A stretch of 64,000 nt of DNA. Origin: Eledone cirrhosa. Lineage: Eukaryota. Under the pieces are notes generated by a model. That model was not told the origin of the DNA. It saw nothing but the letters and a program-made list of their open reading frames with translations, and searched no databases. The DNA lies in assembly GCA_964016885.1 (NCBI GenBank), contig OZ024756.1:14384001-14448000 (forward strand), given 5' to 3'. This document shows positions 24,115-38,564 of the stretch, one piece after another. Each line of letters begins with the position of its first letter. Position 1 is the first letter of the stretch. Both the position numbers and the translations under genes were made by a program.

Positions 24115-24478
24115 TTCAACACACCTGTTATTATCAACACACCTGACATTGTCAACACACCTGTCTTTGACAATACACCTGTCTTTGACAATACACCTGT
24201 CTTTATCATCACATCTTTCTTTGTCAACACACCTGACATTGTCAACACACCTGACATTGTCAACACACCTGTCTTTGTCAACACACCTGTCTTTGTCATC
24301 ACATCTTTCTATCACTGTTATCACTGTATTTGTCATCATGTCTCCATAATCATATCTCACATCTCACAATACACCTGACATTGTCAACACACCTGACATT
24401 GTCAATACACCTGACATTGTCAACACACCTGACATTGTCAACACACCTGACATTGTCAACACACCTGACATTGCCAAT
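24115..24478. repeat. 18-bp degenerate tandem repeat
   Basis: ACACACCTGACATTGTCA units. Confidence 0.85.
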
Positions 24479-24929
24479 ACATTCAATACATTGAATATTA
24501 CAACTGCTTACTAATAAACATTAACATTAAATTTACCATCCAATATTTAAACCTTAACTCTTTAGCATTTAAACTGGCCATATCTGGCCAGAATTCTCTA
24601 CCTCTTCCTGTTCAAACCAGCTGTAACTGGCCACTCATACTGATGTTAAGGTATTATTCTCAAAATAAATAATATCAAAATGTCATAGATTTGATTATAA
24701 TGAAATGATCTGTATATTGATTAATTAATGACCAGTTAAATTACAAGAAAATGGGACACATGGGTTTAGGTGTACAAATAACCACTGGTTAGATTAAACT
24801 GATTAAAGATGGGTTATAATTAACCTTTTCTTACAATGAAATCAGACATAGAGAAATTAACCACTGTTTGAATTAAAGTTAAGCCTTACGTATTATAATT
24901 AACCACTGGTTAAATTATAATGAAGTCTT

Positions 24930-25195
24930 AAGCACTGGTTAAATTAAAACTAAACCTTATGCATAGTAAGTAGCCACTGGTTAAATTAAAACTAAACCTT
25001 ATGCATAATAAGTAGCCACTGGTTAAATTAAAACTAAACTTTATGCATAATAAGTAGCCACTGGTTAAATTAAAACTAAACTTTATGGATAATAATTAGC
25101 CACTGGTTAAATTAAAACTAAACTTTATGCATAATAATTAGCCACTGGTTAAATTAAAACTAAACTTTATGCATAATAATTAGCCACTGGTTTAA
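24930..25195. repeat. 42-bp tandem repeat, about 6 copies
   Basis: AGCCACTGGTTAAATTAAAACTAAACTTTATGCATAATAA(G/T)T. Confidence 0.9.
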
Positions 25196-25374
25196 CTACA
25201 GTGAAACAAGACATAAAAATCATTTGTTAAAGGGGTGAGATTATAATAGTTAATGATTAGTTTATTATTAGAATTCTTTTAGTGACAGATAAGAGAGAAA
25301 TATAAAAATATAGGCATCTAAAAATGAAATCTGAAGCAACATTATCAACTCTACCTCCTATACTGACACATACC

Positions 25375-28300
25375 TCCACCATTAGCACCTATACTATCTA
25401 CCTTTACCAAAACTACTGCTAAATACCTCCTATACATATTATACCATCACCATTAGCACCTATACTATCTACCTTCACCAAAACTAAATACCTCCTATAC
25501 ATATTATACCACCACCATTAGCACCTATACTATCTACCTTTACCAAAAAAAATTCCTCCTATACATATTATACCACCACCATTAGCACCTATACTATCTA
25601 CCTTCACCAAAACTAAATACCTCCTATACATATTATACCATCACCATTAGCACCTATACTATCTACCTTTACCAAAACTAAATACCTCCTATACATATTA
25701 TACCATCACCATTAGCACCTATACTCTCTACCTTTACCAAAACTAAATACCTCCTATACATATTATACCACCACCATTAGCACCTATACTATCTACCTTC
25801 ACCAAAACTAAATACCTCCTATACATATTATACCATCACCATTAGCACCTATACTCTCTACCTTTACCAAAACTAAATACCTCCTATACATATTATACCA
25901 CCACCATTAGCACCGAAACTATATACCTTTACCAAAACTAAATACCTCCTATACATATTATACCACCATTAGCACCTATACTATCTACCTTTACCAAAAC
26001 TAAATACCTCCTATACATATTATACCACCACCATTAGCTCTTATACTATCTACCTTTACCAAAACTAAATACCTCCTATACATATTATACCACCACCATT
26101 AGCACCTATACTATCTACCTTCACCAAAACTAAATACCTCCTATACATATTATACCACCATTAGCACCTATACTATCTACCTTTACCAAAACTAAATACC
26201 TCCTATACATATTATACCACCACCATTAGCACCGAAACTATATACCTTCACCAAAACTAAATACCTCCTATACATATTATACCACCACCATTAGCACCTA
26301 TACTATCTACCTTTACCAAAAAAAAATACCTCCTATACATATTATACCACCACCATTAGCACCTATACTATCTACCTTTACCAAAACTAAATACCTCCTA
26401 TACATATTATACCACCATTAGCACCTATACTATCTACCTTTACCAAAACTAAATACCTCCTATACATATTATACCACCATTAGCACCTATACTATATACC
26501 TTTACCAAAACTAAATACCTCCTATACATATTATACCACCACCATTAGCACCGAAACTATATACCTTCACCAAAACTAAATACCTCCTATACATATTATA
26601 CCACCACCATTAGCACCTATACTATCTACCTTTACCAAAAAAAAATACCTCCTATACATATTATACCACCACCATTAGCACCTATACTATCTACCTTTAC
26701 CAAAACTAAATACCTCCTATACATATTATACCACCATTAGCACCTATACTATCTACCTTTACCAAAACTAAATACCTCCTATACATATTATACCACCATT
26801 AGCACCTATACTATATACCTTTACCAAAACTAAATACCTCCTATACATATTATACCACCACCATTAGCACCGAAACTATATACCTTCACCAAAACTAAAT
26901 ACCTCCTATACATATTATACCACCACCATTAGCACCTATACTATCTACCTTCACCAAAACTAAATACCTCCTATACATATTATACCACCATTAGCACCTA
27001 TACTATATACCTTTACCAAAACTAAATACCTCCTATACATATTATACCACCACCATTAGCACCGAAACTATATACCTTCACCAAAACTAAATACCTCCTA
27101 TACATATTATACCACCACCATTAGCACCTATACTATCTACCTTCACCAAAACTAAATACCTCCTATACATATTATACGATCACCATTAGCACCTATACTA
27201 TATACCTTTACCAAAACTACTGCTAAATACCTCCTATACATATTATACCACCACCATTAGCACCTATACTATCTACCTTTACCAAAACTACTGCTAAATA
27301 CCTCCTATACATATTATACCACCACCATTAGCACCTATACTATCTACCTTCACCAAAACTAAATACCTCCTATACATATTATACGATCACCATTAGCACC
27401 TATACTATATACCTTTACCAAAACTACTGCTAAATACCTCCTATACATATTATACCACCACCATTAGCACCTATACTATCTACCTTTACCAAAACTACTG
27501 CTAAATACCTCCTATACATATTATACCACCACCATTAGCACCTATACTATCTACCTTCACCAAAACTAAATACCTCCTATACATATTATACGATCACCAT
27601 TAGCACCTATACTATATACCTTTACCAAAACTACTGCTAAATACCTCCTATACATATTATACCACCACCATTAGCACCTATACTATCTACCTTTACCAAA
27701 ACTACTGCTAAATACCTCCTATACATATTATACCACCACCATTAGCACCTATACTATCTACCTTCACCAAAACTAAATACCTCCTATACATATTATACGA
27801 TCACCATTAGCACCTATACTATATACCTTTACCAAAACTACTGCTAAATACCTCCTATACATATTATACCACCACCATTAGCACCTATACTATCTACCTT
27901 TACCAAAACTACTGCTAAATACCTCCTATACATATTATACCACCACCATTAGCACCTATACTATCTACCTTCACCAAAACTAAATACCTCCTATACATAT
28001 TATACCACCACCATTAGCACCTATACTATCTACCTTTACCAAAACTACTGCTAAATACCTCCTATACATATTATACCACCACCATTAGCACCTATACTAT
28101 ATACCTTTACCAAAACTACTGCTAAATACCTCCTATACATATTATACCACCACCATTAGCACCTATACTATCTACCTTTACCAAAACTACTGCTAAATAC
28201 CTCCTATACATATTATACCATCACCATTAGCACCTATACTATCTACCTTCACCAAAACTAAATACCTCCTATACATATACCATCACCATTAGCACCTATA

Positions 28301-30728
28301 CTATCTACCTTTACCAAAACTAAATACCTCCTATACATAGTATACCACCACCATTAGCACCTATACTATCTACCTTTACCAAAACTACTGCTAAATACCT
28401 CCTATACATATTATACCATCACCATTAGCACCTATACTATCTACCTTCACCAAAACTAAATACCTCCTATACATATTATACCACCACCATTAGCACCTAT
28501 ACTATCTACCTTTACCAAAACTACTGCTAAATACCTCCTATACATATTATACCATCACCATTAGCACCTATACTATCTACCTTCACCAAAACTAAATACC
28601 TCCTATACATATTATACCACCACCATTAGCACCTATACTATCTACCTTTACCAAAACTACTGCTAAATACCTCCTATACATATTATACCATCACCATTAG
28701 CACCTATACTATCTACCTTCACCAAAACTAAATACCTCCTATACATATTATACCACCACCATTAGCACCTATACTATCTACCTTTACCAAAACTACTGCT
28801 AAATACCTCCTATACATATTATACCATCACCATTAGCACCTATACTATCTACCTTCACCAAAACTAAATACCTCCTATACATATTATACCACCACCATTA
28901 GCACCTATACTATCTACCTTTACCAAAACTACTGCTAAATACCTCCTATACATATTATACCATCACCATTAGCACCTATACTATCTACCTTCACCAAAAC
29001 TAAATACCTCCTATACATATTATACCACCACCATTAGCACCTATACTATCTACCTTTACCAAAACTACTGCTAAATACCTCCTATACATATTATACCATC
29101 ACCATTAGCACCTATACTATCTACCTTCACCAAAACTAAATACCTCCTATACATATTATACCACCACCATTAGCACCTATACTATCTACCTTTACCAAAA
29201 CTACTGCTAAATACCTCCTATACATATTATACCATCACCATTAGCACCTATACTATCTACCTTCACCAAAACTAAATACCTCCTATACATATTATACCAC
29301 CACCATTAGCACCTATACTATCTACCTTTACCAAAACTACTGCTAAATACCTCCTATACATATTATACCATCACCATTAGCACCTATACTATCTACCTTC
29401 ACCAAAACTAAATACCTCCTATACATATTATACCATCACCATTAGCACCTATACTATCTACCTTTACCAAAACTACTGCTAAATACCTCCTATACATATT
29501 ATACCATCACCATTAGCACCTATACTATCTACCTTCACCAAAACTAAATACCTCCTATACATATTATACCACCATTAGCACCTATACTATCTACCTTCAC
29601 CAAAACTAAATACCTCGTATACATATTATACCACCACCATTAGCACCTATACTATCTACCTTCACCAAAACTAAATACCTCCTATACATATTATACCATC
29701 ACCATTAGCACCTATACTATCTACCTTTACCAAAACTACTGCTAAATACCTCCTATACATATTATACCATCACCATTAGCACCTATACTATCTACCTTCA
29801 CCAAAACTAAATACCTCCTATACATATTATACCACCATTAGCACCTATACTATCTACCTTCACCAAAACTAAATACCTCCTATACATATTATACCACCAC
29901 CATTAGCACCTATACTATCTACCTTCACCAAAACTAAATACCTCCTATACATATTATACCATCACCATTAGCACCTATACTATCTACCTTCACCAAAACT
30001 AAATACCTCCTATACATATTATACGATCACCATTAGCACCTATACTATCTACCTTTACCAAAACTACTGCTAAATACCTCCTATACATATTATACCACCA
30101 CCATTAGCACCTATACTATCTACCTTTACCAAAACTAAATACCTCCTATACATATTATACACCACCATTAGCACCTATACTATCTACCTTTACCAAAACT
30201 AAATACCTCCTATACATATTATACCATCACCATTAGCACCTATACTCTCTACCTTTACCAAAACTAAATACCTCCTATACATATTATACCACCACCATTA
30301 GCACCTATACTATCTACCTTTACCAAAACTAAATACCTCCTATACATATTATACCACCACCATTAGCACCTATACTATCTACCTTTACCAAAACTAAATA
30401 CCTCCTATACATATTATACCACCACCATTAGCTCTTATACTATCTACCTTTACCAAAACTAAATACCTCCTATACATATTATACCACCACCATTAGCACC
30501 TATACTATCTACCTTTACCAAAACTAAATACCTCCTATACATATTATACCACCACCATTAGCACCTATACTATCTACCTTTACCAAAACTAAATACCTCC
30601 TATACATATTATACCACCACCATTAGCACCTATACTATCTACTTTTACCAAAACCACTGCTAAATACTTCCTATACATATTATACCACCACCATTAGCAC
30701 CTATACTATCTACCTTCACCAAAACTAA
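25375..30728. repeat. 65-bp (62/65/71 variants) G-poor satellite, about 80 copies, with higher-order repeats
   Basis: Unit AAATACCTCCTATACATATTATACCACCACCATTAGCACCTATACTATCTACCTTTACCAAAACT. Confidence 0.97.
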
Positions 30729-30910
30729 AGCTAAAGCTATGACATCTACTTATATAACACCACCATTACTACTTTTACTACTGCTCGTACTATTTTACCA
30801 ATACCATCCCTACTTTCAACTTATACCTCTATACCATTATCACAACAACTAAAACTACCTCCCAATATAATATACAACATTCGACCACTACCAACCCTAC
30901 AATAAGTATA

Positions 30911-30948
<38 letters not shown>

Positions 30949-30983
30949 CATACATACATACATACACATATATTTTCCTTTAC

Positions 30984-31025
30984 CCATCACTTTAAATAAG
31001 AATTTCTTAATCTTGCGTAAAGTCA
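30984..31025 (-). CDS. Candidate exon M1 (TLRKIKKFLFKVM)
   Basis: Acceptor gcttttcag, donor G/gtaaag, phase 1/1, compatible with M2. Confidence 0.25.
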
Positions 31026-31607
31026 CTGAAAAGCTGCGTTCTCTTCATTTGCTGTTTTATGATGTATGTATATATATATGTGTGTTATGTATGTATACAT
31101 GTGTGTGTTACGTATGTATATATGTGTGTAATGTATGAACATGTGTAATGTATTCATGTAATGTATGTATGTATGCAAAGTATGTATATATGTATGTAAT
31201 ATATGAATGTGTGTTATGTATGTATGCAATGTATGTATTAATATGTGAGTGTTAAGTATATATGCAATATATGTGTAATGTATGTATTTATACAACATAT
31301 ATATGCATCTATATATGAACACAAAGTCTACAATGTTTGAACATGTAGTTGTTACTTTGGTTGTCTCCAGGCCCCTAAAAGCTGGAGTAATAGTTCCAGA
31401 CCACATGTAAAATGTAGGCCCCTAAAGTAGGTAATAGGTCACATGTGAATTGTAGACACCATTTCAAAAGGCTTATTAAGTATCTTAGTAATCAATGCTA
31501 AATACATATGATCTATAGGTCTACGTATGTACATGTAGCCTACATGATATACTTACAAGTAACATGTACATATGAATGTTTAAGTTGACTTTGCAGTCAT
31601 ATTGCTG

Positions 31608-32652
31608 CGGGTTTGATCCCCACTGCTCGGCATCTGAGACAAGTTTAATCAAATATGGTCAGATTGGATTGTTGTGGGTTTGATCCCCACTGCTCGGCAT
31701 CTGAGACAAGTTTAATAAAATATGGTCAGATTGGATTGTTGTGGGTTTGATCCCCACTGCTTGGCATCTGAGACAAGTTTAATAAAATATGGTCAGATTG
31801 GATTGTTGTGGGTTTGATCCCCACTGCTCGGCATCTGAGACAAGTTTAATCAAATATGGTCAGATTGGATTGTTGTGGGTTTGATCCCCACTGCTTGGCA
31901 TTTGAGACAAGTTTAATCAAATATGGTCAGATTGGATTGTTGTGGGTTTGATCCCCACTGCTCGGCATCTGAGACAAGTTTAATCAAATATGGTCAGATT
32001 GGATTGTTGTGGGTTTGATCCCCACTGCTTGGCATTTGAGACAGGTTTAATCAAATATGGTCAGATTGGATTGTTGTGGGTTTGATCCCCACTGCTCGGC
32101 ATCTGAGACAAGTTTAATAAAATATGGTCAGATTGGATTGTTGTGGGTTTGATCCCCACTGCTCGGCATCTGAGACAAGTTTAATAAAATATGGTCAGAT
32201 TGGATTGTTGTGGGTTTGATCCCCACTGCTTGGCATCTGAGACAAGTTTAATCAAATATGGTCAGATTGGATTGTTGTGGGTTTGATCCCCACTGCTTGG
32301 CATCTGAGACAGGTTTAATAAAATATGGTCAGATTGGATTGTTGTGGGTTTGATCCCCACTGCTCGGCATCTGAGACAAGTTTAATAAAATATGGTCAGA
32401 TTGGATTGTTGTGGGTTTGATCCCCACTGCTTGGCATCTGAGACAAGTTTAATCAAATATGGTCAGATTGGATTGTTGTGGGTTTGATCCCCACTGCTTG
32501 GCATCTGAGACAAGTTTAATCAAATATGGTCAGATTGGATTGTTGTGGGTATGATCCCCACTGCTTGGCATCTGAGACAAGTTTAATCAAATATGGTCAG
32601 ATTGGATTGTTGTGGGTTTGATCCCCACTGCTTGGCATTTGAGACAGGTTTA
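31608..32652. repeat. 67-bp tandem repeat, about 15.5 copies, probably SINE-head derived
   Basis: Unit GGGTTTGATCCCCACTGCTCGGCATCTGAGACAAGTTTAATCAAATATGGTCAGATTGGATTGTTGT; contains B-box-like GTTTGATCC. Confidence 0.93.
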
Positions 32653-32654
32653 AT

Positions 32655-32882
32655 TTAACTCTAGCATTTAAAGCAGATGTATCTGGCCAGAATTCTCTCA
32701 CCTTTTTCCGTTCAAACCGGCTGTAACCGGCCACACCTACCAGATGTTAAGGTATTGTTCTCACAATAAATAATATCAAAATCTCATAGATTCGATATAA
32801 TGTGAGATAATTAGGTGAGATGAAGACTTTACTGCGGAAATATAATAGTAAATATAGAGTAATGGAAATGCTAAAGGGTTAA
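32655..32882. mobile_element. TTAA-flanked piggyBac-like MITE
   Basis: TTAA CTCTAGCATTT ... AAATGCTAAAGGG TTAA; partial copies at 24555-24705, 52793-53000, 57303-57475. Confidence 0.65.
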
Positions 32883-33133
32883 CTTAATATGGGTTTGATC
32901 TCCACTGCTTGGCATCAAGTTTAAATTAATATGGTTGGATTGGATCAACTATACCCTTGACAGTAAAATTAGGTAGATGGAAAGTCTATGGCTGCCTGTC
33001 AGAGAGATTGTAGCTTTAATTTAAAGGAACAGCCTTGTCAAACACTGTGTCACGCAGAATCTCACTGAGAATTCTGTTAAAGTTATGTCTCCAGAGAATG
33101 CTCAACCACTTATGCAATAATACAAGGTGGACA

Positions 33134-33192
<59 letters not shown>

Positions 33193-33294
33193 CGTGTGTA
33201 TAACCAAAGATTAGTATGGTTCATTGATTACTCAACGAATACAATTTTACAATAGATTAGAAGCATTCAACAGTAGATTTTCCAGGAGTTTTTA

Positions 33295-33501
33295 ATATTA
33301 TTCAAAATGTTAACGAATGAAAAATATTCACATAATCAAAATATATACTTTATTATATATATTTCAAAGGTACTATGTTGTTTAAGTACGTTTTTCTGAT
33401 GAAAACGTACTTAAACAACATAGTACCTTTGAAATGTGTATAATAAAGTATATATTTTGATGATGTGAATATTTTTCATTCGTTAACATTTTGAATAATA
33501 T
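33295..33501. mobile_element. Near-perfect hairpin with about 100-bp arms and a hammerhead core at its apex
   Basis: Arms 33295-33394 / 33402-33501, loop TCTGATG; right arm reads CTGATGA-AAACGTACT(..)AGTACCTTT-GAAA-TGTGTA-TA-ATAAA (33396-33447). Confidence 0.8.
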
Positions 33502-33696
33502 ATATATGTATATATGTATATATATGTATATATCTATATATATGTATATATGTGTATATATATGTATATATCTATATATATGTATATATGTGTATATATA
33601 TGTATATATCTATATATATGTATATATGTGTATATATATGTATATATCTATATATATGTATATATGTGTATATATGTATATATATGTATATATATG

Positions 33697-33741
<45 letters not shown>

Positions 33742-33893
33742 GTATGTATATATATATGTATATATGTATATATGTATATATAAATGTATGTATATATGTA
33801 TATATAAATGTATATATATATGTATATATAAATGTGTATATATATATACATGTATATATATGTATATATACATGTATATATATGTATATTTAC

Positions 33894-33953
<60 letters not shown>

Positions 33954-33980
33954 GTGTATATATATATATATATATACACA

Positions 33981-34177
33981 TACGAGGGTTGGCTGTAAAG
34001 TCCATAGGCTGACCAAGATACTCTCATGGAATGACTAAATGAGGTTTATTATTCAAGATCGTCCCTGAAAAGAAACAATGTTGTTAATTATAACAAAGCT
34101 GAAATTAATGCATGCAAAATTTCACAGCTCTAGCATCCCTCCTTTATAGTCAGCCTCTGAAATTTTCAGCCGACCAT
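33981..34177. mobile_element. Mariner-type MITE
   Basis: TACGAGGGTTGGCTGTAAAGTCCATAGGCTGAC ... GTCAGCCTCTGAAATTTTCAGCCGACC inverted termini. Confidence 0.6.
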
Positions 34178-34214
<37 letters not shown>

Positions 34215-34284
34215 GTGGGTGTGAATGTATATATCAATGTGTGTGTTTTTGTGTCTGCGTGTATATAATATATATATGTATGTA

Positions 34285-34322
<38 letters not shown>

Positions 34323-34531
34323 GTATTTGTGTCTATGTATGTATGTTATATGTATATATAAATGTGTGTGTGTTTTGGTGTCTGCATCTATATATATATA
34401 AATATATATATGTATGCTATCTCTCTCTCTCTATGTATATATATGTATATATATGTATATGTATGCTATATCTCTCTCTCTATATATATATATATTTATA
34501 TATATATATATATATGTATATGTATGCTATA

Positions 34532-34600
<69 letters not shown>

Positions 34601-34674
34601 GTATTTGTGTCTATGTATGTATGTTATATGTATATATAAATGTGTGTGTGCGTTTTGGTGTCTGCGTGTATATA

Positions 34675-34709
<35 letters not shown>

Positions 34710-35068
34710 GTATGTATATATGTGTGTTTTTGTGTCTATGTATGTATATTATATGTATATATAAATGTGTGTGTGTGTGTGCATGCGTGTGAAAGAGTGT
34801 TTCTGTGTCAGCAGATGTCTAACTATATGCTGCGTCCCTTATTAGCAGAATGAAGACGTAGCAGGTGGTGATATACTGGGGAAAGTGTCCCCCTTACGCA
34901 GGAAAATTAGGAAGGTCATATGCAAATCCCGTCGTGACCCTTCTTACTTTGATGATTAGTTGCCCAACATTACACTGTTGTCAGGTCAGCTAGGAGGGTA
35001 GGTATACTAATTCACATATTTTTGCACCACACACACATACGCCTACATGCATGTAGACACATAAACAT

Positions 35069-35099
<31 letters not shown>

Positions 35100-35160
35100 A
35101 ACATACGTATTTGTGAGTGTGTATGTATGTATGGAGATATATAAACTTACATATCTGCAT

Positions 35161-35214
<54 letters not shown>

Positions 35215-35326
35215 ATTCATATATGTGTATGCATACATGTGTACACATGCATATATATGTATATATGTGTGTATACATACATACAGCCGCATACACATAC
35301 ACACACGCACATATATATATATATAC

Positions 35327-35388
<62 letters not shown>

Positions 35389-35703
35389 ACACACACATTT
35401 ACAGTACTACATTTTCATACAGACGCATCTATATAATAATAATAACAATAAAAATAATAACAATAAAATAATAACAATAAAAATATATATAATAACAATA
35501 AAATAATAACAATAAAAATATATATAATAATAATAATAACAACAATAAACATAATGACAATGTTTAATGTAATGCTTTTTAGCATAATCTATAATGCTAT
35601 AAATCAATAAAGCAAAATTTCGGAAGAATAGATTTACATGGATGTAAAACAGACTTGAGTCTCTCCAAGAAGATTTGAACTGAAGAACTCAGGGCATAAA
35701 CAT

Positions 35704-35739
<36 letters not shown>

Positions 35740-36179
35740 TTAATATTAATAATATTAATAATAAACTATGCCAATGAAGATTTTAATACAGCTGGAAATG
35801 TTGAAGAAGATTATCAACAGTATCAGATACATCAAAAGATATTCTTTTCTTTTTTTACACACATAAGATGTAAGTCTCTAGTTCAGCAGCATGGCTAATA
35901 TATATATATATACATACACACACACAGACATATGTATATATCATCATCATCATTTAATGTCTGTTTTCCCTGTCAGCAAGGTTTGCTTTCCATGTCAGAT
36001 AGTTTGGGGCTCACATCCCCCTTACACACGTCCCTGTGCACAACAGGGCACATATTTTATCTTGACACCAGCACTAGGGAGGTTATCATGTCTTTGAAAC
36101 AACTGAAGAGTGCTCTCCACCCTTTTTTTTGGTATGTTTTCTATAGTGGGATGCCCCTGCTATCATTTATGACTTCATA

Positions 36180-37030
36180 GCAAGTACTGGGTGTCATAAT
36201 GTGTCTCCCACTCTAGAGAGTTTGTTGTACCCTTTACACACTGAAGATGACTCTTCGCCCTTTAGATGCCCCTGCTATCATCCACCACTACACAGCAAGT
36301 ACTGGGTATGTCTTAATGTGTCTCCCACTCTAGAGAGTTTGTTGTACCCTTCACACACTGAAGATGACTCTTCGCCCTTTAGATGCCCCTGCTATCATCC
36401 ACCACTACATAGCAAGTACTGGGTATGTCTTAATGTGTCTCCCACTCTAGAGAGTTTGTTGTACCCTTCACACACTGAAGATGACTCTCTCCCCTTTAGA
36501 TGCCCCTGCTATCATCCACCACTACATAGCAAGTACTGGGTATGTCTTAATGTGTCTCCCACTCTAGAGAGTTTGTTGTACCCTGCACACACTGAAGATG
36601 ACTCTCTGCCCTTTAGATGCCCCTGCTATCATCCACCACTACATAGCAAGTACTGGGTATGTCTTAATGTGTCTCCCACTCTAGAGAGTTTGTTGTACCC
36701 TTCACATACTTAAGATGACTCTTCGCCCTTTAGATGCCCCTGCTATCATCCACCACTACATAGCAAGAACAGGGTATGTCTTCATGTGTCTCCAACACTA
36801 GAGAGTTTGTTGTACCCTTTACACACTGAAGACGACTCTTCGCCCTTTAGATGCCCCTGCTATCATCCACCACTACACAGCAAGTACTGGGTATGTCTTA
36901 ATGTGTCTCCCACACTAGAGAGGTTGTTGTACCCTTCACACACTAAAGAGGACTCTCCGCCCTTTAGATGCCCCTGCTATCATCAACAACTTCACAGCAA
37001 GAACTGGATATGTCTTAATGTGTCTCTAAC
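36180..37030. repeat. 117-bp tandem repeat, about 7 copies
   Basis: 39-aa periodicity in ORFs 36201-36713 and 36786-37268; one unit has an in-frame stop. Confidence 0.92.
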
Positions 37031-37300
37031 ATTAAAGAGGTTGTCATGTCTTCACAGCCAGTACTGTCATTTGAACATATACCATTTTTGTTACAAAGCA
37101 TTGTTCATGTTAATCACTGTGCATGCATTTTGCTCATTCTGCTCACTATTATATACACACACAATCATACATATCCGCACATGTATGTATACTCACACAC
37201 ATACTCACATATATATATATAATGCATGTACATATACCAAGATCATACATTTTAAGAAATGCTACTAATACACCTCTAAACAATTGTGATATATATATAT

Positions 37301-37448
37301 ATATTTATTAAAATAACAGAGTAAAGTTTAAGCAAAGAGTTGCTGCTTTCACTCTAAACGGGATCTTCTCATGAGTTTCAGAAGATCCCGTTTAGGGTGA
37401 AAGCAGTGATTCTTTGCTTAAACTTTAATCTGTTATTTTAATAAATAT
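37301..37448. mobile_element. (TA)n-embedded foldback element with a degenerate hammerhead-like right arm
   Basis: About 69-bp arms around CATGAGTTTC; right arm CAGAAGA-TCCC(GTTTA)GGGT-GAAA; related copies at 15510-15620 and 60183-60207. Confidence 0.75.
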
Positions 37449-37678
37449 TTGCTCTAGGGTTCTATTTGATATATATTTATCCTTATCGAGCCCTCTTTGG
37501 ATTTTAGTCTTCACATTTATTATTATTACTATATATATATATGTGTGTGTGTGTGTCACACTTTCTGCACTGTAAATATAAACAACATATACTATCACAT
37601 AAGCTTTCATTATATATTTCATTTTTTTTTTATTTTATGCTTTTATCACCTTCTTACTTTTTGCCTGCTCATACACAT

Positions 37679-37738
<60 letters not shown>

Positions 37739-37782
37739 TTTATAAGCTTGCAAGTGAGAAATATATATATATATATATACAC

Positions 37783-37870
37783 AAGTGGAGAGATGCTGTG
37801 CTGAATAGGACCCGTACAACCCTTGCAAGCAGGGAAAAGCGGACGTAAAATGATGTTGATGATGATGATA
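37783..37870 (+). mobile_element. 5'-truncated RTE tail (type B) with about 30-bp flanking direct repeat
   Basis: Matches reverse complement of 61168-61245; direct repeat ACACAG.T.ATAAGCTTGCAAGTGAGAAA at 37732-37761 and 37873-37902. Confidence 0.7.
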
Positions 37871-37987
37871 TACACACAGCTAATAAGCTTGCAAGTGAGA
37901 AAATGCAAACGAATCGTCAAAGTGCATATTTATAGTTAATCAGTAAGGTGGCAGAGTTTGGGTGATGATACTTGCATATCATATATA

Positions 37988-38564
37988 CAGTGTGTCCCCG
38001 AAAAATGTATATACACTTTGATTACCTGTACAAGCAATACAGGTTCACAATGTTTTATCTGAAATTCCAAAAACCAAACATTTTTTCCTGTGCACCAAAG
38101 CTCACGTTTGGCACTAAACTTGACCCAAAATGACCCACAGTCAACCCAGAGCACACAGTTGCATCTCAGTGCTCTTACCAGCACTCTACTGCTGAGTCAC
38201 CCTGTCCCCTGTAATGTTTTATCTAAAAAAATTTAAAATCTACACTTCTTCTTATCATGTCTACAAAATCTTGGCTTGATGTGGTTCCACCACAGCTGAA
38301 CACATTCCTGCCCTTTCTTATTAAACTCTGCCAAGTCCAATGCTGTGCAGGGGTGTTCCAGGAGGTGGCATATCAGGAGGTGTTGCATAGCTTATGGTTC
38401 AATGCTGCAGTCACACACAATGTCCCCATCCTTTAAAAATGTTCCATTCTGAAATCTGAAAATTCTGAAGTGTCTGATCCCAAAGCTTTTGGATAAGAGA
38501 TTGTGAACCTGCATTTATGAGAATGCACAGCCTTTGTGTATATATTTTTTGGGGGAACACCCTG
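37988..38564. mobile_element. 100-bp MITE split by a nested pogo/Tigger-like non-autonomous element (38040-38511)
   Basis: Outer halves match the MITE at 17845; inner TIRs CAGGTTCACAAT..TTATC / GATAAGAGATTGTGAACCTG. Confidence 0.7.

Noticed and set aside
33491-35471. Many Y/I/V/C/M-rich ORFs (also near 4.1, 6.6, 18, 40-41 kb)
   Set aside because: Translations of (TA)n/(CA)n microsatellites
36201-37268. 39-aa Cys/His repeat protein; CTGAAGA in each unit as a tandem hammerhead
   Set aside because: In-frame stop in one unit and no splice support; no stem II or GAAA follows the CTGAAGA
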